A stretch of DNA of 64,000 bases from Vitrella brassicaformis CCMP3155. Taxonomy: Eukaryota; Protista; Chromerida. Numbering within the stretch: position 1 is the stretch's first letter; every line of letters starts with the position of its first letter. The stretch covers positions 124,001 through 188,000 of the forward strand of contig CDMY01000086.1 of NCBI GenBank assembly GCA_001179505.1, written 5' to 3'. Positions 23,984 through 37,240 of this stretch are shown piece by piece. The translations under genes were made by a program, and so were the position numbers. Below the pieces are notes generated by a model. That model was not told where the DNA came from, searched no databases, and saw only the letters and a list, made by a program, of their open reading frames with translations.

Positions 23984-26900
23984 TCATCCCCCGTTGATGA
24001 GTGCCTGTGAGACAGCTGCTGCACTGGCGCTTTTGTCGGCACTCTGCTGGCGCAATTTTCGTGCCTTTGCCAGCAGTTCCTGCAAAGAACACGACAAACG
24101 GCACCGTTTGTACACAACTGACTGAACCATCGAGTGGGTGCTGCGTGCCCGTCTGGCTAACATGTTCACTAGCTCAGCTGGCTGCCCAGCGCACCGCCCC
24201 ACTCACTCACTGGCTGATTGATGCATTCATTCATTGATTGCCCCAGTATGTATGTACATCCCCTAGGTGCACCCACCCCCTCTACTTACCCGTGCATGTG
24301 CTATGTGGTTGAGTGATGCAGTCTGCTCCGCCAGCTGCTGCACGATGACGAGCACGTCCACAGCGTCGTCCGGCCGCCCCACCTCGATGAGTGCGCGGGC
24401 GTACTCGGTGCGCAGCTCATACTCCTGCAGCAGACGCGCCCGCTGACGAGAGTCCTCACGGGGGCTCGTGTGCTCGCTCGAGGGCTGGGACCGGGGAGGC
24501 AGCAGCTCAAGGATCCTCTCATAGTATTCTAGGCTGGCACTGAACTGCATCAAAGAAAAGTGGCCCTGGGCCGCCATACTAGCAAGGAAGGAAGGAGCAC
24601 ACACAAGCACACGTCGCGAATAAGTCAAACAGGATGGATCGATGTATTGCGAACGCCTGGCATGTTTTGTCTGCCTGCTCTCGTACGCACCGCAGCATTC
24701 GTCTGTGTGTTTTGTGTCTTGAGGTGGCAGCTTCCTTGATGACCTGCAGGGCCCTGTCGTAATTCTTGACCTGCACAAACATGGTATCAGATATCCAGTT
24801 GGCCAGGCTGGTGACAAGACGTTTCGGGATACTGGCTGACCTTCCACAAACAGGTGGTCAGCTGGTACTCCACATCAGGCAAGTCCTGCAGTGAAGTGAG
24901 CACAAAAGGGGAAAAGGTCCTGCAGCCATCAACACACACACACACACACACACACGCAGAGTTCATGTATGTTCCACTTTTCCTCCCTCCTTTCCTTCTG
25001 CTCCTTTCCTGCTCGGCTCGGCTGCCCTTTTACCGACCGACCTTGAAATGAGGTCGAACATGTGAATGGCCCATGCGGGGCTCCCATCCTCCACCGCTGC
25101 TGCCTGGGCCTGCATTGTTTGTGCCACCCTCCCACCGCCGCCGCCACCACTACCACTACTCTCACCCACACTGACTCCTGTCTGTGTGGGTGGCACAGGG
25201 GGCGGGCTGCTTGCCGTCGCCTGGGGGTGCTGTTGGTGCTTTGGGCCGTGGAAGATGACCACCTGTAGGGCCAGACACACTTGGCGCAGCTGCGGGGCTG
25301 GCAGCTCCTTAAGGCTGGCCTCCACTGACGCCGCCAGATCGACAGAGGTCTCGCTTCGCGACTTGCTCTCGATGTCGCGGAGGGCCATGGCCACCAGCAT
25401 CTGCCCCAGGAGCAGCGAGAGGGCAGGGGCGTGCGGCAGCAGACGGTGGTCATGCAAAGCCGATATACGACTTCCCTACCGAAACAGACAGACAGATAGG
25501 GCGGCCAACACTGGGTCCATCCATTGATTTATTTGCGTATGTGTGAGTGTGTCTGACGTACGTACGTACCTGTGCCATTCCGGTGATGAGTTTGGGTAGT
25601 TCGTGGTGCAGCCAGGCGTGGTCCAGCATATCCACGCCACCCAACGCGTCAATGCGGCATCGCAGCCACCGAGACACACACAGATCCCTTGGGCAACCAA
25701 CCAAGTGACACAACACCCACACAAACACCAGACAAGGAAAGACAACATCTCCTTGCTTGGCCGTCGGTCGTCTGTGTGCACGTCTGTCTGTGACTATGTT
25801 AATCATTCTTACTTCTGATATCCATTGAGGAGTATTGCTGTTTCGAATTCAGGGTCCCAGTATTCGTCGCTCATCCCGCCGCAGTACATGGCCCACGCCA
25901 GCTCCGAACACAACACACCTCTGTCCTCCTCTACACATACATTCGTACAACACACACATGTTGGCAGAGACACACACACCATACCACAGGAGGTGGGTGA
26001 GTGACACACGTGCCTGTCCGTTCGGTTGTCCGTCCGTCCGTCCGTCCCACGCGTGTATCTACCTACCTTTGATATGGTCTTTGGCTTGGTCCATCATGTT
26101 GATGGCGAGTGGCCAGTTCTCGAGTGCAGCATAGCATCGGCCGACTTCAAATTGCAGGTATCCGGGGCTTGGGCGCCCCTCCTTGATGCTCTGCCAGAGG
26201 GGCTGCAGGCTCTTACGGACACTCTTGTCAAACTCAAACGCCTCAGAGGCCCACGGCAACGCCTTATCGGGCTGTCCCAACTCACGCAGCAAACGACACG
26301 CATTGTACCTGCACCATTGACACACCGTAACATACCACACACACACAGGAGAGAAGAGAAAGCATGCGCAGATATCTCCCTCCCTCCCTCCCTTCCCCCC
26401 TCCGTGTCTCTGCATCCATGGCCAGCTGCCCTCGGCCTGCAGGTGTGACTGGCTGACTGGCTGTCTGGCTAGCTGGCTGTCTGAGTGCTTGAGTAGCGTG
26501 GCGTGCTTGAGTGCGTCCCCCCCTCCCTGCCTACCTGGCTTCTCGCAGGTTGAGGAGTGACAGTTCTTCCCCGTCTTCCTTCCACACGTCGGGCCCTGGC
26601 CATGCCTCGCCTTTACGAACCGAATTGCGCTCCCATATGGCACGGCTGTGACTGTCATCCTGACACACACACACACACACACACACGAGACCCAGACAGC
26701 CAGGCATGCAAGGAATCAATGATCCCGACCGACCGACTGACCAACGACGGTAACTAAAGTCTGGGCGTACCTGTAGGAATTTCATGATCCAGAAGAGAGC
26801 CGATGTGTCGTCGGAAAGGGGGTCGATGATCAGGCAGGCCTCTTTGCCGGTGGCCACCGCTGTCCCCACCCCCCCATCCCTCTGGGCACCACCCCCCGGG

Positions 26901-29900
26901 GTTGGCTGTCTTGCCTGTTTCTTGTCCTTCTTCTTCTTATCTTTGTCCCACCCCTTGGTGATGTTGAGGCGCCAGTATGCCTTGGCGATGTCGTATGTGA
27001 CACAGCAGAAGGTGATGTCGTGCTTGGCCACCTTGAGGAGGTAATCGAGCGCCTCCAACTCCTGACCACGGTCCAGTAGCATACGACCCAACCACAGGGT
27101 CATCTGAGGGAGATAGATACCACAACCAGGGAGGGAGGGACCGGGGGAGGAAGACATGCAACAGACAAACGAGCCAGACAAACGAATGCATGCATGTATG
27201 TATGGCTGCCTGTGTGTCGTGTTTGCTCCCTCCCTCCCTCCCTGTCTGTCTGACCTCGAGTGATGGGTAGAGGAAGTATGTGTCGCCTCCAAGGGGAGGG
27301 GTGTCCTTGTGCTTGACCTCCCTCTCGTCCCCACTAGTTTCAGGGGGCCTCTGCTCCTCACCCACCGCCATCATGTGGGAGACATCATGCTGCAGGATAG
27401 CCTTGGCCGCCTCTCCGTTGCCATTGCCATTGGGGAGGGCCTGCATGTCGGACCCCACTGTGATGGATAGGCCGGCAGGGATGCATGACGGGCGGCCCAA
27501 AGACAGGGGGTCCAGCTCGCTCTCATCCTCATTCGTCAGGCCCACCCTCTCGGAATCCCCCTGGTCGCGGCGGCCGGCATCCGTCCCTCTCCCCCGGCCT
27601 CGGCCGCCCCTCAGCGTGCGGCGAAGCCCCGCCAGCACGCCGCTGTCATCGGCTGGTGGCTGCTCCCGCCCACTGCTGCCACTTGACACAGGCGGGGAGC
27701 GGTAATGGGAGGGCGAGTCGAGTGATGGGGGTGTCAAGTGGGGCCCTAGCTGTGGCAAAGACGGCGGCACACCGCTGCTGCCCATGCTGCTGGGTGGCTC
27801 GGATGCAGGCGGGGCACGAGACGACTCCTCGCTGACTGCAGATGGGGCGGCCAGTGTGGGTGGGGCCGTCAGCTGCTGTTGGCCAGATGCCGTGGTTGCG
27901 CTATCGGGGAGTGGGTGTCTATTGACGTATGCCTTGAGTGCCTCGATGGCTCTGTCCTCCATCTGGTGCACCTTCTTGGTCGCCACAAACTTGCGCTGAA
28001 ACTTGGGGTCCCGCATGAGGGATGAGGCCAGCAGCAGCACCTTGCAGTGCTCACGCTCCGCCTGCTCCGTGTTGAGCACGTCCAGGGCCCCCCACCAACC
28101 GCCCAAAGCCAGGGGCGGCTCACTTGACACCAGCGACTGAATGAACCAACGTCAGTCGCAACAAACACATATACAGAATGCATCCCATATATCCACATAC
28201 GTGACAGACAGACAGAGGGACGCTTCGCTTTGTGTGAGGTGCGGTGCGTGCATCGAACGCTCTCCATTCATGCTGGCTGGCATAAGCGCATGCATAGATA
28301 GGTGCGTAGTGTATGTACGCACCTCGAGTAGCTTTTCGGCCCTTGAGTTTTCTCTGACGCAAAGGCATGCCCTGGCGTAGCAGACCCGTATGCGTGCGTT
28401 GGTCTTGTCGACCTTCAGACCCGTGTAGCCTGCATTCATGGCCTCACGATAGTGCCTGACACACACATACACATACATCCACACATTGAGACTCACTCAC
28501 TCCTCCTGCACTGTCGGTTTGTCAGTGTGCGTCCCGTCAGTCCGTCAGTCCGTGGGTACCTGACAGTCATGAGTGCTTCGATGAGGTTGGCGGTGAGCAT
28601 GGTCTCGAGGCTCTTTGGCAGCCCCCACTTCTTGGCTTTCAGCCCTTTACGGAACCATTTGATGGCGGCGTGGGGGTCGGGGGGCGACTTGGCTTGGCAT
28701 AACACACCATAGTTCAAACAGATGCTCGGACGCCAACCAGCCAGACTTGCCGCACGCTGACAGACAGACCAGACACAGAGGCAGGCAGGCAGGCAGGCAG
28801 GGAGGAAAAGAGCCACAAGGAGGCGTTGGTTGGCGTGTGCGTGAGTATCGGTGAATGTCCCTCCCTCCCACTCTCCTGCCCCCTTTGCTGACTTGCATGT
28901 ATGGCAGTGCCTCGTATGGCCCGTGTGTCATCCGCACGGTGATTGCGAGTTCCATGAGTGCGTCCGGGAAGTCAGGCCGCACGTCGACTGCCTTGTGCAG
29001 GTCGTTGTAGGCCTCATCGTACCGCCCCTCACGCAAGGACAGCAGACCCAGGTACAGAAGCGCACGGTGGTTCCGCGGGTTGGCCTCAAGCGTCTCCTGT
29101 GACAAACGATGATGATCACACACACAGGCAGGCAGACGCAGCCATGAATGGACAGATGGATAGATGGATCGACAGCCTTACTTAGGCCATGCAGCCATGC
29201 GTCCGTGCGCTTTGCTCACCAGCAGGTTTTGCTTGACAGCAGGGTAGTTGGCGAGGTGGTAGAGATTGCGTAGCAGCCACAACTCCCACGCCACGATGTC
29301 ACGCACCTCAACCATACCCAACCTGAGGCACACACGACACGCCGCAGGTATGTGTGTGTCGTATGGATGGATGTATGTATGGCTGGATGCTTCTGCAATC
29401 CCACCAAGATCTGTCCCTCATTTCCCTGGCGACATCCCTGTTGAGAGGCGTCATGTGATGGGTCGCCCAGCACACCAGGTACAGAGGGAACTCCACGAAC
29501 TGCAGCAGCAGCGCCAATCCTCCCAGCGTCAAAGTCACCCCCCCGCCCCCGCCCACAATCAGCTTGGGTTGCAGGGGCAGGTCGGGGCATGCCTGTCCGC
29601 CCAGCAGCAGGATAGCGTAGAACATGAGGGTGAAGAACACACCCATGGTGCCTGCAAACTGCTTGGCGGTGGGCGGGCTCAGGGCGGTCTCCACGGGCTG
29701 TGTGTGCAGGGCGGCGCGGCGATTGAACTCGACGAAGTCCAGCCGGGCCAGTGTGGCGTACAGGTGAGAGTTGAGCAGCAGCTCCATCGACTGGGAAGGG
29801 CTCAGCGCTGCACACACCAACACACATAAATTCACCGAGTCCATCCAGTACATCCCTCTGTCCTGTCCCTCCCCTCCCTACTTACCGAATACGAGTATGG

Positions 29901-31935
29901 GTGCGACCCTTGCACAGAATGCCGAAATGAAGACCAGGAGCCGCATGAGTGTCCCGCCCGGCAGGAAGAGGTACAAGAGTCGCGGGTCGCCCGGCCGATA
30001 ATCCCACAGCTGCGGCACGGCCAGCGTGAGCACCCCACCAAATGCCAGCACCGGGGTGAGAAGGCAGCACCAGGCCCCCCCGAAGCCCACGAACCTCTCG
30101 ACCACGGGCGTCCGCTTGCCGAGTAGGAAGTCCCATCCCAGCATTCGGTAAGACTCCCGTATGAAGCAGATGGACCAGAGGGATGCCGCCACCCACACGC
30201 ACAACCCGGCAGCGGGCAGGAGAGCCGCAGACAGCACCAACGTCACGGCCAACGCTGGCGTCTCCTTGGAACTCCTAAATACACACACACACACACACAC
30301 ACACAGACCAGGCAGACAATGAACTGAGCTCACTGTGGTGTAGGCGGTTGCTACAAATGTGCCTCCTGTCTGGATTGGATTGCTGCCCCTGTCCTGTCCC
30401 GTCATGCCTGGCTGCCTGCCCATGGTGACTGACTGACTGACTGACCATCTTGAGTGTGGGTATGGGAGGTTTCCGTCCCAGTCCACATGGACGCCGAGGA
30501 TCAGCAGCGCCACGCCCCAGGTCAGCCCCACCAGCGCCACGAACCCATAGAGAACCGACCTGTCCCTCGACACGCCCATGGCCGCCTCGGTCAGGTACAG
30601 CGGCAGCGCCAGCACACGCAGCATGTGGCAGCTGTAGAGCGTGAAGACACCAACCACTCCCACACCAACCCAAGCCACAAACGCACTCACGAAGAACCCA
30701 TCCACTGTCCCGAACACCGGAGGGGCCATCTTGTTGGGCACCGCAGAGCCTTCACCGTCATCCAGCGCCGAGGGGGCCGCGACAGCCATCAGCTTGGCCA
30801 GATCAGCCGCCGGGTACGGGGAAGGCTGCTGCTGGCCTGCTGCTCTGGGGCTGCTGACATGCACTGGGGCTGGCTGTGGGGAGCCTGTGCGTACGGTCAT
30901 GAAGGACTGCACCACGATGCAGGCGATGCCGAGTGCCAGCCACCCCATGCAGCACGATAGGGCAAAGTCCACGGCCCTGTCGTGTCGTCGTGACCCATCC
31001 TGAAGCCGGGACACAAACGCTCCCAGGGGATGTCTGTGAACAATAACACCACACGGACCACACGACCCCGTGTGTGTTGGAAGGAAGGTAGGTACGTTTG
31101 TGAGGGAGTGAAAGAGTGACTGAGTGAGTGCGGTATTGGATGATGCCTGCCTGACCTGGGCAGGTGTGCTGGCGGTGCGCTGAAGTACCGATCGGGCTCC
31201 TCCAAGAACATGTAACAGCGAGTCCTGACAGACACACACACAGACAGATACGTGCAGACCAACCAACCATGGTACCCAGCTGAGAGCACGTCATGTCCGA
31301 ATTGCCTCCATCCATCCATCCATCCATCCATCCATCCCCCCGTACTTGTAGAGCAGTTTCTTGCCATAGATGGCGCCCAGAAAGAAGGCCAGGACCAGCA
31401 CAGCCGCCCGCACCACCCATGCGCCGGTCTCTCCCAGCCAGTCCCTCATGGCTGCATCGTACGCACCACCCTCACTCCCTGCTGCGGCATCACCCTCGGT
31501 CGCCCCAGCCGGCGTGTGTGTGTGCGGCACCATGACTACCACACCGATGGCGAATGTGAGCATCAGCAGGAGGGCGCTGCACCCCAAGAGGTCGACTGTC
31601 GTGCGCCAGCGGTCAGCGACGCGCCATGACTGGAGACACCCGCAGCATCCACTGCCTGAGTTGTTGCGTGGGACGGTGAGGTCATGTATGTGCTCTTCTG
31701 TCAGCCCATCCTCCTCCTCCCTGTGGGTCTCCGGTGTGGTGGTCAACGCGACGGGCACACTCACAGCCGGTGCGGGCAGCTGGTGCCGGGTAGCCGTCGG
31801 GACGGACACATAGCCGGCCGGTATGGATGACTCCGTGGTGCTGCGCCGACTGGCACCATCGCGCTGTGGCGGGCCGTCGCCTGCACCTCCCGGCAGCAAG
31901 GGCGTAGAGAGATCTTTGACAGACGATGGATGCAT
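23984..31935 (-). CDS. Polytopic membrane protein (~10-11 hydrophobic segments) followed by a long TPR-like helical repeat region; could be two genes
   Basis: ATG at 31935 (MHPSSVKDLSTPLL). TM segments such as LLGCSALLLMLTFAIGVVVMV and FVALVGLTWGVALLILGV. TPR-like exons NPRNHRALLYLGLLSLREGRYDEAYNDLHKAVDVRPDFPDALMELA, WLGRMLLDRGQELEALDYLLKV, FEVGRCYAALENWPLAINMMDQA, YARALIEVGRPDDAVDVL. Ends ALINGG* at 23984. Confidence 0.75.
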
Positions 31936-32052
31936 TGAGCTCGTCAAGACGGCAACACAACAGAAGGTGCCTCAATCAATGCCTGATGCGGAGGGGCAAA
32001 CACACATTCACTCATCCACAGAGACTGGCGTCATGCCTTTCTTGGAGCTTAC

Positions 32053-34022
32053 ATGGAAGTTCCCCCAATCGGTCTGCCTTCATTCGGTAAGCAGCATGCA
32101 GTGAAAGCTATTCGTTACTGCACTCCCCAAGCAGATCTGCCTCTTTTTTTTCGAGAAAGCGATCTGGCGCACAGTGGTCAAGCTCGCAAAAGATCCGCAA
32201 ATCAGCCGAGGGCCCGCCCAGGGGCCTGGAGGGTGCCAGGTATGCGCACGCACGCCGGTTTGGTGCAGCAGTACGCTGCGTGGCCCTCCACAACCGTGCC
32301 TCCTCCACACTGGCGCAATCACCTCCTGCCGCAGCCACCCACATTCCTCCCCCTTCAGCACCACCTCTACGACAGCATCGCCATCAACAGAAAGGCAACC
32401 CAGGAGAAGATCGAGGTGCGAGGCGCGCCATCTGCGCCAGTCGTGACCGTCACGGGCACCGAGCGCATCGGACTGCTGCTCGACATATCGCGGGTCTTGA
32501 GAGGTCAGCAGAGGACAGCAGGGAGGTCGACGGGAGGATCTTTTACGTGTGTCCCTCCTGTCTTGTCTGTTTTGAACCATCGGTCAGAGTGGGGTTATTC
32601 GGTCAAGAAGGCCAGGGTGGTGAGCAGTGTCAGCGAGACGGGCGTCAAGACCATCAAGGACACTTTCGAGTTGATAAACCTCGACTCGACAGCAGGGTTG
32701 GGCGATGGACTGTCGGATGGCGAGAGGCTGGCCAAGTTGGAGAGGGCTCTGCACGAGCGGGCATTCACGAGCGGGTCGAGCATGCAGGCGTGGGAGAGGC
32801 AGCAGGTCAACATGTACCAATCGTCGCTGCTCACACCAGGTCAGCGGGCCAGGCAGCCAGACAGCCAGCCAGCCAGACAGGCAGGGAGGGAGGGAGGGAG
32901 GGACCACCGACACGATGGCGCTGATGCCATCCATGGGTTGTGTTCAGGTTCACGAGTGTATGAGGTGCGAGTAGAGGGCACCGACGCTCCCGGGCTGCTG
33001 CACGAGATTGTACAAACATTCTTCACCCACGGTCAGTCAGTTACCCAGCGACCCAGCGGCCCACACCGCACACACCACTGATCATCTTATGTGATCTCGC
33101 CTCACACACGCAGGTTTTGCCATCATAGCGGCGCGAGTGACCTCTCTACCAAATGGCAAGATCCGCAACTCATTCCGGTCAGTGTACCATCCGACTGACA
33201 GTCAGGACAGACAGACAAAGGAAGAAGACAAACAGCCATGTATTCATCCGTCCATTAAGCCCTGTGTGTTGTCCGTCGCCTCGCCCTGCCTGCAGGTGCC
33301 GGCTGACGTACCTGTTTGAGAGACTGCTGGCCCATAGTGACGAGACGAGTGAGGCAGACCATCTACGGGCACTGCAGACGGCCCTTCAGTCTCTTCACCC
33401 CGACCACGCGACATATGCCCTGCCGGACACACCCCCACCAGATCTCAAGGTGACCCCTCCTTCCCCACCTGAGGGCCCCTGCTGTGAGTCGTCACCCGAG
33501 CACCAGCACCAGCTGCCGCCTCCCCCGCCGCAATCGCCCCAGGAGTCCATCAATGAGGCCGCTTCCCTCCCGCCATCCCTCAGTCTCCCGGACGGTCCCG
33601 ACCACCGGCCCCGCCCGCGGAGCCGCAGCCTCGATGCGCACTGCACCTCTACCAGAGGGGCTGGCCCACACCACTACCCATCCCACGTGACATCGGCAGA
33701 CAAGAGGCATCCGCCGACCATATACGAGGAAAGGCCCACAGAGGCCACCACAGCGGGGGGCAGCAGCGAGGAGGGCCGGCAGGGGGACGTCACGGGGGTC
33801 GCGATGCGGTCATCCTTCACTCTCAGGTCCCTCAGCCGTGTGCAGTTCTTCTCTCGCATCCGTCTGGGGGCCATGTGCAGCGCCGGGTTCGACAGAGGAC
33901 ACAAGAGGGGCCGGGGAAGCAGCAACAGTGACCAGCAGCGGCAGAACCAGTCAGGTCCTGACAGCTGCTTGAAGGTTAAGGTTTGGCCGACGTCTTTTCT
34001 TAGTCGCCTCACAATGAGATGA
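32053..34022 (+). CDS. ACT-domain repeat protein (ACR/GlnD-type ACT pair) with Pro/Ser-rich tail
   Basis: ACT1: VVTVTGTERIGLLLDISRVL|EWGYSVKKARV..IKDTFEL. ACT2: YEVRVEGTDAPGLLHEIVQTFFTHG|FAIIAARVTSLPNGKIRNSF. Both match the ACT_UUR/ACR pattern (xDRPGLL..I..A.I). Start and end uncertain. Confidence 0.75.
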
Positions 34023-34144
34023 GGGCCTCCCTAGCGGGCTTCCTTGCCGACGGGGTGGGTGGGTGTCGGTTGGGTTGAGCCAGCAGGGAGGGGGAGGTCG
34101 GTGGACGGGGGGATCGATGGTTGTTTCTATACGTGTGTGTGCAG

Positions 34145-35691
34145 CTAGCTGGCTGGGTGAAAGCGGTGCGCGCACGCACATGGGTATGATATGTCTCTCT
34201 TGGATGCTGAGAGGGCCGCTGCGTCCACATGCATTTGCTGTGGGTCGTATTTTTCTCTCACGAATGAGATATGTATGAGTGAGGTGTTGCATGCATGAAT
34301 GGGTGTGGTGTTTTCGTACCTATCCACTCGAGCGAGAGGCGCTTGTACATAGGCAAGCAATGGCGCCGGAGGGCAGACAGACAGACAGACATGAGGCACG
34401 TGCCTGCCTGGCTGAGCACAGAACAGAGAAGACAGATCATGCTGGACAGCCAGGTAGCCATCCATCCATCCATCCATCCATTGATCCGTGCATCCATCTC
34501 TAACCTTTTTCGTCTCCAGCCTCATGCACACGCGGGGGTGCGGTGCGATCCGTCCTCCACTATGTATGTACATATGAAGCTCTTCTGCCTGACCGGCTGA
34601 CTGAGTGAGTGAGTGTTGTGTTGTTGTGTGAATGTACCTACCTGGCAGGGTGCGCTGTGCTGTCTGCTGTCGTGTGCCGTTCCCGGCCTGGTTTTGGTCC
34701 GTCAGGGCGTTTTCGAATCGCACATGTGCCCCTTGTTTTCCAATGCTGGCTGGACGGGCCAAACCAGACCGAGCACAGACAGCAGACAGACACACGGGCC
34801 GGGAAGGAAATGGGTGTTCCAGTTGGTCGCGAGTGAGGTTGTTGGATGTGTGATCGACTGACTGACTCGCTAGGGCGTTAAACGCTGTCATTTTTCTTCC
34901 CATGTCTCTTTCGGAGACATGGACGGCAAATTTTCCGAGGGGCTGACCCGGTCTTGCCTGGGGGGGTGGGGGGGGGGNNNNNNNNNNNNNNNNNNNNNNN
35001 NNNNNNNNNNNNNNNNNNNNNNNNNNNNNNNNNNNNNNNNNNNNNNNNNNNNNNNNNNNNNNNNNNNNNNNNNNNNNNNNNNNNNNNNNNNNNNNNNNNN
35101 NNNNNNNNNNNNNNNNNNNNNNNNNNNNNNNNNNNNNNNNNNNNNNNNNNNNNNNNNNNNNNNNNNNNNNNNNNNNNNNNNNNNNNNNNNNNNNNNNNNN
35201 NNNNNNNNNNNNNNNNNNNNNNNNNNNNNNNNNNNNNNNNNNNNNNNNNNNNNNNNNNNNNNNNNNNNNNNNNNNNNGGGGGGGGGGGTGCGAGAGAGGT
35301 GTGGGTGCTGATGAATGGCTGGATGGATGGAAAGCATGGCTTCATTCACGCTGGATGTATGTGTGTACGTATGCGTGGTGGCCGTGCGTGTGCAATGTGA
35401 CTCGCTATCGTCATGCATGTGGAGGGGAGTCTTGAGCGTGTCTGTGTGCTTCAGCCACTCGTGTAGAGACAGACACCGAAGCCGGCTGACTTGTGGCAGA
35501 GTGAATGAATGCGCCAAACATGACGTTTGAGGTACCACCTCTCGCGATAGGATTGTGTACACCGCTGCATTCGCGCCATGAGATGGCTGGTTGGTTGGTT
35601 GGTAGCGCCGGAAACGCAACCCGACATCTTCTCTATCTATAGCACACACCAAACAGGCAACGTGCACACGTAGAGTGCCTCCACAAGGCAT
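34145..35691 (-). CDS. Possible hypothetical spliced gene interrupted by the assembly gap
   Basis: Exon-like blocks with GT-AG edges on both sides of the gap (e.g. AEELHMYIHSGGRIAPHPRVCMRLETKK|GTTAG, ..QRTLP|GTAGG) and an ATG at 35691 divergent from the IQ gene. No recognisable domain. Confidence 0.3.
34978..35277. other. Assembly gap (300 N) flanked by poly-G runs
   Basis: Run of n with G homopolymers on both sides. Confidence 1.
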
Positions 35692-35781
35692 ACGCCAAAA
35701 GAATGGGAGAAATCTTGCGAGCTAAATCTCACCTGCGAGGGTCCTTCCGGACGGAAGAGGACCAAAACTACGTCCCTCGCC

Positions 35782-36802
35782 ATGTCTGAAGAGCGTGAGG
35801 CTGCTGCAGTGAAGCTACAGTGCTTCTTCAGGGCCCTTCTTGCAAAGAAGGTCTACTTGGACCTCTTGTTGCGCAAAATGGAGGCTGAGGCTGCCCAGCA
35901 GCGAGAAATAGACCGGCTGAGGGACGAGCAGAGTACGAGAACACACAGCAAACTGGAACAAGCGGACGTGTGTTTGTGTGTGTGTGTGTGTGGTATTCTA
36001 GGCAAGGCATTGATACAGGCCCAAGAGGCAAAGCAGGCCATCGACGAGAAACTCGCCATCCGAAGGAACCTCAACATTTTGGTCAGTGAGCCTCAGTTAC
36101 GAATTGGGGACCAGGAGAGTGACGGCAGTCAGTCTGTCTTGTGTCTTCTTGCTCAGCGCACCCATTCTGCGACATTCATCCAGCGTGCCTATCGTGACTA
36201 CCGTCGTCGCCGCCACCGCCGCCATCAGCAGAGGCGCCGGCTGCCAACGCACACTCTCGCGGGCCCGCCTCCCACCACAGCCGAGGAGCAGCCCGCATCG
36301 CCCCTTCCCACAGCCACGCCCCACACACGTCACAGCGGTAGTGACCTGTGGCAGGATGTCGAGCTCACAGACGAGCAGAGTGGCGGCACTGGGGCTGGCC
36401 GCCACGAGCCAACCACCACCAGCACCACAGGCGGCAGCAGCATTAGGCAGCGCCAGCCTGTCCGGCCATCATCCTCACCGGCAAGGGCTGTGGGTTTGTC
36501 CCGTGACGATGTGGGGCTGACGCGAGAAGCACTGCAGGAGCTGCCACAAGAGACTCTGAGAGAAAAGGCTGCCGACATCCAGGTACGTGCTTCGGGCAGG
36601 CAGGCAGACTGACTGACTGACACGCACTGCACACACCAACTGTCCGTGTGTGTGTCTGCAGCTTGAGACCATAATGAGGGCGCGGGAGCTGGCGTGTGAG
36701 TTTGAAGAGAGGTCTGAGCTCATGTGCGAGAACAGCACACTCCGCCAACACATACAAAACACTATCAACCACTTGCGGGACAGACGGGCGTCCGCCATCT
36801 GA
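35782..36802 (+). CDS. IQ-motif (calmodulin-binding) coiled-coil protein
   Basis: IQ-like motifs AAVKLQCFFRALLAKK and SATFIQRAYRDYRRRR, coiled-coil segments, last exon LETIMRARELACEFEERSELMCEN..ASAI*. Confidence 0.7.
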
Positions 36803-37240
36803 TCCACTGATTGATTTATTGACTGCGCTTTGGTTGCTTCATCGGTCATCCGGCTGGGGTGGGGTGGGGTGGGGATGGGATGCATGTGCATGCTCGTGTG
36901 CATCCGTGTTGATAGACAGACAGACTCACTTCCTTTGTGAGCCCCACTGCAGACTTCGTAAACTGGTCGATGCGAGCTTTGGCAAAGGAAATAGCAAGAG
37001 ATGCCGTCGATGGACAGAGCCGAGACTGCAATAGATGACTTGGATGACCGAGGCCAGTCGTATCTCAAAGCCTCAAGCGACGAACGTACAAGTCAAGAGG
37101 GCGGCAACTGCCGTAAGCAGAGAATGAGATCTCGGACCGCAGCAGCTTCCCAAGGGCCAAGAAACGACCACACCGCTGCCAATCGAGATGCCTATGACGA
37201 TGGCAGCAGCAACAAGTGGCGTGTGCCTCGGCCGCGTTAT

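Noticed and set aside
33820-33990. VQFFSRIRLG..CLKVKV after the ACT domains, faintly like kinase subdomains I-II of ACT-kinases
   Set aside because: There is no GxGxxG, and no downstream HRD or DFG exons were found before the gap. Too weak to call.
34960-35290. ORFs spanning the N run
   Set aside because: Artefacts of translating unknown bases.
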